From: Eledone cirrhosa
Lineage: Eukaryota
Length of the DNA stretch: 64,000 nucleotides
Direction of reading: 5' to 3'
Assembly (NCBI GenBank): GCA_964016885.1
Contig: OZ024742.1
Location: 203,732,001 to 203,796,000 of the forward strand
Shown here in pieces: positions 27,216-44,016 of this stretch. A program made the position numbers and the translations under genes. The notes below the pieces were generated by a model. That model searched no databases and was not told the origin of the DNA. It was given only the letters and a program-made list of their open reading frames with translations. Each line of letters begins with the position of its first letter. The first letter of the stretch is position 1.

Positions 27216-27287
27216 CGGGATTGTCCCCCGTTTGTGCTTTCCTTTTATTTTTAAATGCACTTTAGCAAGTAACCACACATATATATA

Positions 27288-27440
27288 TAACGAAGGAAGT
27301 GTGGTAAGGAACCAGATGGACCATAACGCACCAGAGTACTCAATATTTAGGGTAGTAGAGTGGGTAATAGGAATAGGAGTCCAGAAATAGTCATCGAAAC
27401 GGCTTGAGCTCTGCCGTCGGGGTCTTGAACTTTTCCTATA
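27288..27440. mobile_element. Ultra-short inverted insertion carrying the 3' half of an HHR
   Basis: gaaacggcttgagctctgccgtcggggtc plus an inverted tail. Homologues occur at 18975-19030, 34033-34085, 39522-39575, 54516-54707 and 60905-61035. Confidence 0.75.
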
Positions 27441-27451
27441 TCTATATCTAT

Positions 27452-27674
27452 AGTAATAATAATAAATTTGAAGACTAAAATCCAAAGAGGGCTCGATAAG
27501 GATAAATATATATCAAATATATAAGAACCGTAGAGCAAATATTTATTAAAATAACAGATTAAAGTTTAACCAAAGAATCGCTGCTTTCACCCTTAACGGG
27601 ATCTTCTGAAACTAGTTTCAGAAGATCCCATTAAGGGTGAAAGCAGGGATTTTTGCTTAAACTTTAATCTGTTA

Positions 27675-27682
<8 letters not shown>
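27452..27682. mobile_element. Palindromic 3'-end insertion of the Naiad family at 54722-57610
   Basis: Arms meet at aaact|agttt (27613/27614). The sequence matches 57541-57605 and 62631-62881. Confidence 0.85.
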
Positions 27683-27741
<59 letters not shown>

Positions 27742-28920
27742 GGGATAACAAATTATTGTTATAGGTAGTCCACTTAGATGTAGTCCAGTTAGGGTACTCC
27801 GAGTAGTGGATAGTATCAACGCTTGGCTAAGTTTGACTCAACAAGGCGTTTCCATAGTGATGCTGCGAGTACGCGATAATTTCTATGTAGTTTACACTTG
27901 GAGTAATGATTAATTAAGGATGATTTAATGCCACTACTATATATAGAAGCCATGCCTGTGTATTCCCTTCATTCTCGCAAGCTCTGATGAATTGAGTGGT
28001 TATAACTATGTATTGGTGATCGATTGACGCAGAAACAGGCGGATAGCGATCTCTAGACCTACCAGTTCAGAGAAACAATTGTCAGCAATGTGATTAAAGC
28101 CCTTATTGTATAGCAAACTGTGTCACTCTTCTTTCTTGATATATATACCAAAACAATACATCAGCTGAGTCAGTGTGATCCTGGAATCATATAATCCAGT
28201 CCAATCTGAATAGGTGGTCATCGGTCACTGATCTGTCACTTCTGCCATGCTAGACTAGTGAGAAAAAAAAGCTCGTTAAAATGCCCGATGAACCCGACAT
28301 AAGGTTAACGACTATCCAGCCATACTGTATGAGGGCAAAGTTAGAACACTGAGGAGAAGAAAGTTGGGACATTGAGGCAAAGGGGGAACATTGAGGACAA
28401 AAGTGGGAATTACTTATAACCTTAGTTTGGAAAGCAGGAGTAAACATGCTAAAGCATTTCGAGCATGGCAACAATTGGTTCGATGGATCATATTGAAATT
28501 ACCTATGGTTATGGTATGATGTGTATTCCAGCTTCTATTTGTGATTCACTGAGTCATAAGTTTGGTAGTATTTGGCAAACTTTGGCAAAGAGACCTTCAC
28601 ATATGATTCAGATTGTGGTAGCATGGATGATAAGCATTGCTCTGTTTAGATTTTATAGATCTACCTTTTATAAATACGCCCACTGTGCCAGTCACGTGGA
28701 AAGTTATACACTCATTTATTCCGGTTAAAGTAGATTCTTGGTGCAGGTTCATTTTTATCAAAATTTGACATAGGGGTGGACGGAGTATCACACGCGTCTT
28801 CGTGCTCTCCTCATACGTGTCGCTAGAAGCATGGAAGAGAGGCATAGGGTTGTGTCTCATCATTTGATAATAATTGCTCATACATCATTCCCGACGGAAG
28901 AATCCTTATCATATATATAA

Positions 28921-28956
<36 letters not shown>

Positions 28957-28983
28957 ATGTGCGTGTGTGTGTGTGTGTGTATA

Positions 28984-29030
<47 letters not shown>

Positions 29031-29149
29031 GTGTATATGCGTATATATGTATATATATATTTATATATAGATATATGTATGTATGTGTATATTTATTTAT
29101 ATATACGTATATATGTGTATATATCTATATATATATGTGTATGTATATA

Positions 29150-29204
<55 letters not shown>

Positions 29205-29863
29205 TTTGTATAGAAATGGCTAGAAATGTTCCATGCGTATGATATCATCAGGAGTGTCATGACATTCTTGATGATTTCACAACGCAATGAAATAGTACTA
29301 ATCCTGTAGAAGTCAATTCTATTTGAAATGATATACCCGCTTTTCTTGATGCATTGAGTACTTTACTTTAACTTTGGTCTCCTTTCCTTTTTTCTTTTTA
29401 CCGGAAAATCATTATGTATATATATATAGTTTAAACTGTATTTACATAGTTAATACTTGCTGCTTATTTGTAGGACCAGTTATAAAGGGAGCTAATCTAA
29501 ATAGTAAGAGGCACAGTAAGACTGGAATGGCTGTAGATAATAGGGAAAACCACCCAAATATAAGAGCACTTAAAGAAACTGGATATGTTGTACTGCAGAA
29601 GTTTGGGAACAAAGAGTCGACCGATTTCGAACCGAGATTTCCAGAACAGCAGTGTTGTTGGTGGTGATGGTACATCGGTAGTAGAGCAGAACCTGAAAGA
29701 GTCGAAATATATATAGAAAGAGTGAGAGATAAGTCTGTGGTGCTCATACCAGGGCGATCACTAATCATGGAAGTACTCAATATATGGGGGAGATGCAGAG
29801 TTGGTATAGATATATATAAAATCCAAACGGGGCCAAGCGACGAGGTTTTACCCCCCCCCCCCC

Positions 29864-29900
<37 letters not shown>

Positions 29901-29917
29901 GTTATGTAAGGCAATTA

Positions 29918-29978
29918 TTTCATTTACCAGTGGTTTCTTAAAATCAAAAATATTTTGCTTTCAGTCATCAGAATGAAA
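29918..29978 (-). ncRNA. Type I hammerhead at the left end of the inverted Naiad
   Basis: UUUCAUU-CUGAUGA-stem II-GAAA-CC acu GG-UA-AAUGAAA. Confidence 0.75.
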
Positions 29979-30120
29979 AAATTCTGGTGTATTTATTGAC
30001 GTTGGATTTTAAAAACCAAAATGCGATCTATATGAAAGTGCGGCTGGAAAAGGAAGAAGGAAAGGAAAATTAAAATAAAAACACACATGCAAACACACAC
30101 ACACACACAATTATATACAT

Positions 30121-30176
<56 letters not shown>

Positions 30177-30681
30177 ATACATACATACATACACACATAT
30201 ACACACACATATATATGTGTATATATATACATACACATACATATACACATAATACATACACACATAAATATCAACATATCCATACATACACACAATCATA
30301 CGTATATACACACGTACATACATACACATACATACACACATATATACACGCATACATAAGCATGCACAAAAATAGAAATATATATACACACCTCTACATA
30401 CTCACACACACAAATAAATATAAGAAAAAATATATAATAATAAAAAACATAAAAATGAATATAAAGACTATTATGATGTTGACAGCGATACAGGCAACAA
30501 ATAAATGAACAAACACACGTGGTAAGCAATACACACAAATGCACGTACACATACATACGTAAAAATAAATACATACACACACTCTCACACATAAATATAC
30601 ATATACAAATACATAAACACATACATACGCATACACAAATACATACACACACACACACACATATACATACACACACCCACC

Positions 30682-33261
<2,580 letters not shown>

Positions 33262-33394
33262 CACACATACATACACAACCATACAATTATATACATATCA
33301 CAAACACGTGCATAGAAATACAAAAACAAACACACACATATATATGTGTGTAAAACTCATTCTTAGATAATTCATATGAACCTTATTTAACTCT

Positions 33395-33505
<111 letters not shown>

Positions 33506-34001
33506 TTACACATATATACACAACATACATACTCAAATACACATATATACCTACACAAACATATATACATACACATACGTACATACACACACACACATAT
33601 ATACATATATAACTCAATATATATATATATATATATATATGAAAAAGAATATAATTATTATAGATATAAATAAAATAAATATTGTATATATAAAAAAATA
33701 TTGTATATATAAAAATAAAAATAAGAATGAAAATAAAAAGTTGGGAATACGACAAATAATAAATAAAAAAAGTATATATATTTAGAAAAGGGTATAAATG
33801 CTTATAGCAGATTTAGAGCACTCAACAAGTTCCTGGAGCAAGAGATCAATGAAAATAATCATTAAATCACTATATGTAATGATGCATATACATACATCCT
33901 TATAAATATATACATATACACACACATATACACATATATATACATACATACACACACAAAAAAAACACAACCACAGAAATACAAACACACATACAATTAC
34001 G

Positions 34002-34033
<32 letters not shown>

Positions 34034-34189
34034 TAGGAAAAAGTCTGACCCCACGGCAGAGCTCAAGCCTTTTCTGAGGCTATTATAAATATACACACAA
34101 AACAATTGTATAAAAAATACATATACACGCACAAATATACACACGTCCATACACACACATTAAACCTATATATACACACATACATACAC

Positions 34190-34252
<63 letters not shown>

Positions 34253-34463
34253 TATATACACACATACATATAAATATATACACACACACGCACAAATACA
34301 ACAGAAATATATAATATATACGATTATATATACATATACATATACATACAGATAGATATAAACATACATACACACACATATATACATACACATATACATA
34401 TACACACACATATGCATACACATATATATATACATATATATATATACGTATATATATATATAC

Positions 34464-34501
<38 letters not shown>

Positions 34502-34656
34502 TGTTATACTTTGGGAGGGTCATGTTGCCAATAAGAAACACACGCACCAGTTGCTTTCACTTCAATTTAATTTATTAAATATTTATAAATTTACAAATTT
34601 ATAAATTTCTGGTTGGTTGGTTGGTTCCACAACCAGATAGTTGTTTATATATATAT

Positions 34657-34701
34657 AGTCATAGTTCTTTCGTCACACACTCTGTGACCTCTTCAGTGAC
34701 T
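34657..34701 (-). ncRNA. Minimal type I hammerhead
   Basis: Mirror copy of 36327-36371. Confidence 0.75.
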
Positions 34702-36326
34702 GGGGATTTCTTTCTTCGTTTCTGTGCCTTTCCTTTCTTCTATCCTACGCCATTTTGTTTGTGTGTGGGTTGCGTGCTCAGTTTGCGCATGCGCCACATC
34801 CGGGTGTCTGTGTGTGTTTGTGTTCATTTTTCTATTTTTCTATTTATATTTTTTTTTATTTGTTTGTTTATTTATTTATTTATTGTTGGTTGGTTGTTTG
34901 TTCTATGTGTGTGTGTGTTTTCATTTTGTGTGTGTTTTCAATTGTAAGTTGTTTGTTCGATGTGTGTGTGTGTTTTCATTTTGTCCTTAATTGTAAGTTG
35001 TGATGTTGCTGTTCCACTCATATTTTCTATTTAATTTTGGTTTTAATTCTTTTATGCTTACTGCCTCTGTAATTTGCCTAAACATTGCGTCTTTCTTGTG
35101 TGTGGATTCTATTTTTATTTCTATGCTCTCTAATTTACCCCTGTGTTCTATCTTAGCATGTTGGTAGAGCACAGATGATTCTTTATTATCTTGGAGGTCT
35201 CGCCAGTGTTCATTTATTCGTTCCCCTATACTACGAGCTGTCTCACCTATGTACACTACATTTTTGTTTCTACATTGTCCTTCAGTACATCTTATGCTAT
35301 ATACTACATTTCTAGTTTTACAGTTAATATGGGGGCTTATTTTACAGGTTATACATTTCTTATCTATACATGAGGGTCTTTGGAACGGGTATGTCTTGCT
35401 AATAAGTGTTTTTACGGAGGTACCAGGTCTTTCTACTATCTTAATATTGAGATTATGTTTCTTTAGGGCCCTTCTAAATTTGTAGGCTAGTTCGCCTCTA
35501 GGGGTTGTATTTGTATCAATACAACCCCTAGAGGCGAACTAGCCTACAAATTTAGAAGGGCCCTAAAGAAACATAATCTCAATATTAAGATAGTAGAAAG
35601 ACCTGGTACCTCCGTAAAAACACTTATTAGCAAGACATACCCGTTCCAAAGACCCTCATGTATAGATAAGAAATGTATAACCTGTAAAATAAGCCCCCAT
35701 ATTAACTGTAAAACTAGAAATGTAGTATATAGCATAAGATGTACTGAAGGACAATGTAGAAACAAAAATGTAGTGTACATAGGTGAGACAGCTCGTAGTA
35801 TAGGGGAACGAATAAATGAACACTGGCGAGACCTCCAAGATAATAAAGAATCATCTGTGCTCTACCAACATGCTAAGATAGAACACAGGGGTAAATTAGA
35901 GAGCATAGAAATAAAAATAGAATCCACACACAAGAAAGACGCAATGTTTAGGCAAATTACAGAGGCAGTAAGCATAAAAGAATTAAAACCAAAATTAAAT
36001 AGAAAATATGAGTGGAACAGCAACATCACAACTTACAATTAAGGACAAAATGAAAACACACACACACATCGAACAAACAACTTACAATTGAAAACACACA
36101 CAAAATGAAAACACACACACACATAGAACAAACAACCAACCAACAATAAATAAATAAATAAACAAACAAATAAAAAAAATATAAATAGAAAAATAGAAAA
36201 ATGAACACAAACACACACAGACACCCGGATGTGGCGCATGCGCAAACTGAGCACGCAACCCACACACAAACAAAATGGCGTAGGATAGAAGAAAGGAAAG
36301 GCACAGAAACGAAGAAAGAAATCCCC

Positions 36327-36371
36327 AGTCACTGAAGAGGTCACAGAGTGTGTGACGAAAGAACTATGACT
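36327..36371 (+). ncRNA. Minimal type I hammerhead (probably dimer-dependent)
   Basis: AGUCA-CUGAAGA-g-GUCACA gagug UGUGAC-GAAA-G aa C-UA-UGACU. Stem III is only 2 bp. Confidence 0.75.
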
Positions 36372-36591
36372 ATATATATATAAACAACTATCTGGTTGTG
36401 GAACCAACCAACCAACCAGAAATTTATAAATTTGTAAATTTATAAATATTTAATAAATTAAATTGAAGTGAAAGCAACTGGTGCGTGTGTTTCTTATTGG
36501 CAACATGACCCTCCCAAAGTATAACAATATCGGTTTCAACACACGATTTCAGATAAAGAATCTTGCTAAACAAATTCAGAAACGAAATATA

Positions 36592-36644
<53 letters not shown>

Positions 36645-36645
36645 G

Positions 36646-36713
<68 letters not shown>

Positions 36714-36944
36714 TATACGCAACACAAAAAAATTATATCTAAAAATAAAAAAATGTTGGGTATGTGAAGGGTAAGGCAAAAAAATAGGGGCGAAAAAGAA
36801 GGGGGAAATAAATGACATAGGAAAAGGTTTAGATATAAGGGGAGATAAGGGAGAAAGAGAATACAAGAGTACAGAACGTGGATTCAGCAGGTAAAAAAAC
36901 CGTAGTGGAAGTAAAGAGCAGAAAAGGAGTTCAAGGTGGTTGAG

Positions 36945-38340
36945 TTATCATAGGAATGTCAATCCAGTTATAGATCAGATGTGATTTCAGATGAGGACAA
37001 CATCTGAAGATCTCGGTCTTTGAGTTCAGGCAAGCAGAAGTGGCTTTCAATTTAGCAAAATCCTATATTTTTCTGTGGCACACAAAGAACAATTCTTTGT
37101 GCCCCTTTGGTACTCCCTCGAAAAGTCTAAAATAGATCAATAGATAGAGTACGGGATGTTTTTATCCTTGAATTCCCACACCTTACTTGCGAGGGCCGTT
37201 GTTGTGCGTTTATCGGAGTGCTTAAAAGAAGCGACATGTGCATAAAACCTGGTTTTAAACCTGTCCTGGGTCATGCCAACATATCGCTCACTCCTGGCTG
37301 GCTGGTTGTTGATTAAAGGTGTCACTTTAGCTTCATAAACAACAGACTTGGTGTTACATTTGCCCTGCAATGGGCATTCATCCGGCTTCCTGCAACTGCA
37401 TCCTGGATTTGTTCTCGTATGATTTGAATTAGTGATCTTGGACTTCATTGATGGGCAACAAGAGTAACTGATATTAACTACATTTCTATTAAATATCTTA
37501 TAATATCTATGATTAGGAGGAAAATGTTTATCTAAGAGTTCAAGGAATTTCCTCCCTACATTAGTTTTGAGAGTTAGAGAGAAGGGGGGGTGTAAACCAA
37601 ATAATTTTCCTTTTCCTATTATTGTGGTTAGTTTTAGGGGGGGGGGAGTAGGTAAATAATAAATTTGTTCTGTAAAACCGCTGTTTTTAAGGGCTTTATT
37701 ATAATAAGGGGCGGCTTTATTAAAAATGTCAATAGACGAAGATAAGGTAGAAATACTACGGCTAATGTTGGGAATAAGATTTTTAAAAACTATAGGGGGA
37801 TGGCAAGACTCTTTGTGTATATACCTAAGATTTTCATTAGGTTTCTGATAAGGTTTAAAAGAGGCGGTAAGTAGATCAAGATTAATGTCAAGAAAGTTAG
37901 CATTAGTAAGGTTCGTATCTATAGTGATTTTAAGGTTAAGATTAGCAAAAGTATTGATTATATCTTTACGGAATTTATCAAGGTTATGGCCGTTGGTGGT
38001 ATGAGAAACTGCAAATCCGTCATCACGGTATAAACCGATATTATGGGAAGGAAATTTCTCTTTGAGGGTGTGGAGAAGGAATAATCCTACTAAGTCACAC
38101 ACATCCGCACTGTCATATGAACCCATTGCAACATCAAAAGAGTTTTCAGGGTTTGACTTTTTAACCCAAATATTTTCATTAGTAAAGAGTAAAGTGTTTC
38201 TAGCATGAAAGATAATATCTTCTTCTAATTTAGAAATATTAATGAAGGGTCTTGCAAACTCTAAGGCATTAGTTAATAAGGAAACAGTAATAGAGGGGTT
38301 AAAATCAATAATATCAAATTGGGTAAATCTACACTTATTT
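36945..38340 (-). pseudogene. Naiad-type PLE RT/GIY-YIG ORF, 5'-truncated and frameshifted
   Basis: QFDIIDFNPSI, FDVAMGSYDSA, GLYRDDG, the CSCRKPDECPLQGKC Zn-finger, YVGMTQDRFKTRFYAH, and C-terminal CSLC/LNSKTEIFRCCPH in shifted frames. Confidence 0.9.
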
Positions 38341-39342
38341 TGCCCATCAATGAAGTCCAAGATCACTAATTCAAATCATACGAGAACAAATCCAGGATGC
38401 AGTTGCAGGAAGCCGGATGAATGCCCATTGCAGGGCAAATTTAACACCAAATCTGTTGTTTGTGAGGCTAAAGTGACACCTTTAATCAACAACCAGCCAG
38501 CCAGGAGTGAGCGATATGTTGGCATGACCCAGGACAGGTTTAAAACCAGGTTTTATGCACATGACGCTTCTTTTAAGCACTACGATAAACGAACAACGGC
38601 CCTCGCAAGTAAAGTGTGGGAATTCAAAGATAAAAACATCCCGTACTCTATCGATTGGTCTATTTTAGACCATTTGAGGGAGTAACGAAGGGGCACAAAG
38701 AACTGTTCTTTGTGTACCACAGAAAAATATAGGATTTTGCTAAATTGAAAGCCACTTCTGCTTGCCTGAACTCAAAGACCGAGATCTTCAGATGTTGTCC
38801 TCATCTGAAATCACATCTGATCTGTAACTGGATTGACATTCCTATGATAATTCAACCACCTTGAACTCCTTTTCTGCTCTTAACTTCCACTACGGTTTTT
38901 TTACCTGCTGAATCCATGTTCTGTACTCTTGTATTCTCTTTCTCCCTTATCTCCCCTTATATTTAAACCTTTTCCTATGTCATTTATTTCCCCCCTCTTT
39001 TTCGCCCCTGTTTTTTTGCGTTACCCTTCACATACCAAAATTTTTTTATTTTTAGATATTATTTTTTTTTGTGTTGCGTATATGTATGTATGTGTGTATA
39101 TATGTATATGTATGTATGTGTGTATATATGTATACATATATATATATATGTATATATATATGTATATATATATATGTGTATGCATATGTGTGTGTATATG
39201 TATATGTGTATGTATATGTGTGTGTATGTATGTTTATATCTATCTGTATGTATATGTATATGTATATATAATCGTATATATTATATATTTCTGTTGTATT
39301 TGTGCGCGTGTGTGTATATATTTATATGTATGTGTGTATATA

Positions 39343-39413
<71 letters not shown>

Positions 39414-40117
39414 GTGTATGTATGTATGTGTGTATATATAGATTTAATGTGTGTGTATGGGCGGGTGTTTATTTGTGCGTGTATATGTAATTTTTTATAT
39501 AATTGTTTTGTGTGTATATTTATAATAGCCTCAGAAAAGACTTGAGCTCTGCCGTGGGGTCAGACTTTTTCCTATGTGTGTGTGTATATATATATATATA
39601 TATACGTAATTGTATGTGTGTGTGTATTTCTGTGGTTGTGTTTTTTTTGTGTGTGTATGTATATATATGTGTATATGTGTGTGTATATGTATATATGTAT
39701 AAAGATGTATGTATATGCATCATTACATATAGTGATTTAATGATTATTTTCATTGATCTCTTGCTCCAGGAACTTGTTGAGTGCTCTAAATCTGCTATAA
39801 GCATTTATACCCTTTTCTAAATATATATATATTTTTATTTATTATTTGTCGTATTCCCAACTTTTTATTTTCATTCTTATTCTTATTTTTATTTTTATAT
39901 ATACAATATTTTTTTATATGTACAATATTTATTTTATATATATATATAATAATTATGTTCTTTCTCATATATATATATATAGAGAGAGAGAGAGAGTTAT
40001 ATATGTATATATGTGTGTGTGTGTGTGTGTATGTACGTATGCATACGTATGTATGTATATATGTGTGTGTTGGTATATATGTGTATTTGAGTATGTATGT
40101 TGTGTATATATGTGTAA

Positions 40118-40165
<48 letters not shown>

Positions 40166-40174
<9 letters not shown>

Positions 40175-40735
40175 TAAACAAATAATGAACAAACAATTCC
40201 TTATATTAAACAAAAAAAGTTCACTATTTAACGATCGTTTCTAGGGCATATATGTGTTATAATTGGTATGCATATTTAACAGATCTATGTACAAAATTAT
40301 ACAAAATTATACAAATTATCAAGATTAAATATACATACCTAACTCATATATACGCCGTCTTCAGAAATAATGTATTATAAAATATTATAAAATAAAATAT
40401 TTCTGAAGACGGCGTATATATGAGTTAGGTATGTATATTTAATCTTGATAATTTGTATAATTTTGTATAATTTTGTACATAGATCTGTTAAATATGCATA
40501 CCAATTATAACACATATATGCCCTAGAAACGATCGTTAAATAGTGAACTTTTTTTGTTTAATATAAGGAATTGTTTGTTCATTATTTGTTTAATATTTTA
40601 TCTTGACTCTGTATACCATTTATCTTTCACCGAAAGTGGATTTTCATTACATCTCTTCTTTCCATAATATCCGGAATACATTGAGTTCTTCATACGGATT
40701 GGACACTACCGTAAACTCTTGGTAGATTTATCTAC
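40166..40735. mobile_element. Palindromic PLE-terminal insertion with HHRs
   Basis: ~200-bp near-perfect arms at 40167-40369 and 40398-40600, with a 135-bp tail on the plus arm. It is absent from the left arm of the large duplication. Confidence 0.85.
40398..40542 (+). ncRNA. Type I hammerhead with ~100-nt stem II insert (mirror copy at 40225-40369)
   Basis: UAUUU-CUGAAGA-c-GGCGUAUAU...AUAUAUGCC-cua-GAAA-CGAUCG-UU-AAAUA. Confidence 0.65.
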
Positions 40736-40919
40736 ATATATATATATATATATATTTTAGAGTTAAATAAGGTTCATATGAATTATCTAAGAATGAGTTT
40801 TACACTCATATATATGTGTGTGTTTGTTTTTGTATTTGTATGTATGTGTTTGTGATATGTATGTATATGTATGTGTATATTTGTATGGTTATGTATGTAT
40901 GTGTGTATATATATATATT

Positions 40920-40950
<31 letters not shown>

Positions 40951-41362
40951 ATATGTATATGTGTGTGTGTGTATTTGTGTATGCGTATGTATGTGTTTAT
41001 ATATTTGTATATGTATATTTATGTGTGAGAGTGTGTGTATGTATTTATTTTTACGTATGTATGTGTACGTGCATTTGTGTGTATTGCTTACCACGTGTGT
41101 TTGTTCATTTATGTGTTGCCTGTATCGCTGTCAACATTATATTAGTCTTTATATTCATTTTTATGTTTTTTATTATTATATATTTTTTCTTATATTTATT
41201 TGTGTGTGTGAGTATGTAGAGGTGTGTATATATATTTCTATTTTTGTGCATGCGTATGTATGCGTGTATATATGTGTATGTATGTATGTGTATGTATGTA
41301 CGTGTGTATATACGTATGATTGTGTGTATGTATGTATGTGTATATATGTATGTATATATATG

Positions 41363-41402
<40 letters not shown>

Positions 41403-41540
41403 GTTGTATATATGTACGTGTATGTATGCATATGTTGATATTTATGTGTGTATGTATGTGTATATGTATGTGTATGTATATATATACACATATATATGTG
41501 TGTGTGTGTGTCTCTATATGTGTGTTTGTATGTATGTGTG

Positions 41541-41587
<47 letters not shown>

Positions 41588-41709
41588 ATAATTGTGTGTG
41601 TGTGTGTTTTTATTTTATTTTTCCTTTCCTTCTTCCTTTTCCAGCCGCACTTTCATATAGATTGCATTTTTGTTTTTAAAATCCAACGTCAATAAATACA
41701 CCACAATTT

Positions 41710-41770
41710 TTTAATTCTGATGATTGAAAGCAACATTTTTTGGCTTTTAAGAAACCACTGGTAAATGAAA
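41710..41770 (+). ncRNA. Type I hammerhead at the right end of the inverted Naiad
   Basis: CUGAUGA-UUGAAAGC/GCUUUUAA-GAAA-CC acu GG-UA-AAU. Confidence 0.75.
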
Positions 41771-42704
41771 TAATTGCCTTATGTTGTTTATTACATAACT
41801 ATTAAGCTCTGTTACCTACATAGAGCACTCTTTTTTCCTGGACTTTTTCGACGGAATTATTTCATTCATACACATATATATATGAAAACAGGGAGAAAAA
41901 GACGATTATTAGGAAGAAAAATATATATATATTGTGTGTGAGTCTATTTGTGTGTGAAATTAAGCGAAAGTGAAACAAGGTGATAGATATACAAATGGAA
42001 ATAGGAAGCACAAACAAAAGCAACAAAAGTCACATACATATACGCATGTGTGTATATGAGGTTCTGAAGGAAGACAGACAGACAGACAACAATGTTGAAG
42101 AGAGAGAGCAAGTATGCATGAAGAGGTGACAGAGGGAGAAACAGTCATTGATTAGTTCACAAACTGTGACACAATGCGTTTGGTAGTTAATTAATTACTT
42201 GACTAATTAATGGATGGATTAGTTAACTTGGTGAATAATGGTTTCTGATTGAGACAGAATGCCAACAATTTTGGGTTGGAGAAAGTCGATTAAATCAAGC
42301 CCAGTGCATTACTCGTACTTTATTTAAGTATGAAAAGCAAAGCTAACATCAGCGGGATTTGAACGCAGACCGTAAAGGGTCGACGGTGCCTGTGTTTTTA
42401 TTGGTGGCCCGACTCTCCAAAAATACGAAATATATTAACAAACAGCTACCGTTCAACCACTTAAAAATAGCATCCAAACTATACTTTAAGTCACACCTTG
42501 TTTTATGTTTTCTTTTTAACGTGGGTCACGTTCACTTCAAAATATTTTTTTAAATCATGTTCATTTAAAAATAATTTTTAAATAATTAAAATATACACAG
42601 ACATGTATATAATGTGAAATGAAACTGGAAGGGCCATATATATACGTGTGTGTATGTATATATATATAAATGTGTGTGCGTGTGTACATATATATATATA
42701 TATC

Positions 42705-42773
<69 letters not shown>

Positions 42774-43292
42774 GTGTCTGTGATCTATATGCACTGGTCA
42801 TAGACACACACACACATACACACACACATATATATATATACAAACACTCACATATATATACACACAACAACACCACCAGCTCTCTTCCATGCCCCTCTTT
42901 CAATCTACTCTGTCACACAACCACTAAGTCTTCCTCTTTATCTTTCTCTCTCTTTGTTTATGAAGGTACCCGGAAAAACCCATATCTCAGGAACCCGTGG
43001 TCCGATTTACGCGAAACATGTTTTATTCCATTTGTATTCCCATTTCAGGGTCAACTTCCTTTGAAAGTATTTTCCCATTATGCGCCCTTTTGGCAAGCAA
43101 GCAATCACAGAGTTTTAGTAATATATATATAGACGCGGTGATCACGACTGGAACCTGTTAAACAACAAACAAACAACATTAACATCTAGATACGATTTTA
43201 AATTCATTTTTTAAATAATCAAGAATTTATAGGGATTTATTAAAATAACTTTTATATTATCAATCTTGTCTTTCAAACATATCTTAAAATGT

Positions 43293-43750
43293 ATATATAG
43301 TGTATTTTGCAATACACTGTATGCTTAATTAAAAGCATTTCGAAGACCTTATGCTATTGTTTTAGAGTAGTGACAGACTCTCTTACTTTAATTTCAGCAA
43401 ACAGGGGGAGATAAAGCTGACAAGGCCTTGTTTCGCATTTATTGATGCTTATCAAAGCCAACTACTCCTCCTGTCTGCTGAAATCATGGATGTTTGGTTC
43501 TTATAAAATTCTAGTAAATAATCAGGAACTGATTATACAGAGCAGTTGCCGGTCAAGCAGAAATTGAAAATTAGAATTGGCACTCTGAAATAGCTATATA
43601 TATATGAATGCATATATAGTGTATTTTGCAATACACTGTATGCTTAATTAAAATCTTCGAAATGCTTTTAATTAAGCATACAGTGTATTGCAAAATACAC
43701 TATATATACATTCATATATAGCTATTTCAGAGCACCAATTCTAATTTTCT
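43293..43750 (-). mobile_element. Non-coding retrozyme-like / mini-PLE insertion
   Basis: 14-bp direct flanks atatcttaaaatgt (43279-43292 and 43751-43764), an internal direct repeat with 319-bp period, an inverted copy at 43655-43750, and one HHR. Confidence 0.75.
43415..43459 (-). ncRNA. Type I hammerhead, U3-A8 core variant
   Basis: GGCU-UUGAUAA-GCAU caauaa AUGC-GAAA-CAAGGCCUUG-UC-AGCU, with a 12-nt palindromic stem III and a GUC site. Confidence 0.8.
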
Positions 43751-44016
43751 ATATCTTAAAATGTTCTTACATGAAATTATATGGAATATTTAAATTTAGA
43801 TAGAAACATTTAAAAAGAAATGGCTTTTTATCATAGAATGAGGAGCAGTTTCTTGCGGTTTTATATCGGAAGGGTTTAGCATAAATTCTCGCCTTCCTTC
43901 TAATAGCCTCACAGGTCCTGAAAAAGAGAATAAGCGGTGTTCTTGCTCCCCTGACCAAGCCATATAAAATGAGTTTTAAATGTGTGAGGAAGACTTTATC
44001 AACAACGTAAACTTAC

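Larger units (their letters stand above)
26491..27280. mobile_element. Inverted pair of PLE pLTR fragments
   Basis: Diverged inverted arms at 26491-26728 and 27000-27243, flanked by TA runs. Each arm holds the permuted HHR motif. Confidence 0.75.
34498..36590. mobile_element. Near-perfect 1-kb palindrome of a PLE 3' end (GIY-YIG plus pLTR)
   Basis: Arms 34498-35511 and 35518-36530 give mirror-image ORFs MYIGETARSIGERINEH...LN. Only the right arm has a ~60-bp tail. Confidence 0.92.

Noticed and set aside
28250-28880. PHD-finger or LINE endonuclease remnant (CSKC...FCPQC; IGNFN)
   Set aside because: The motifs are incomplete, lie in different frames and are too short to assign.
42965-43095. 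Helentron/DNA-transposon internal motif (catatctcaggaacc..ccgattt)
   Set aside because: No termini, TSD or second copy supports it.
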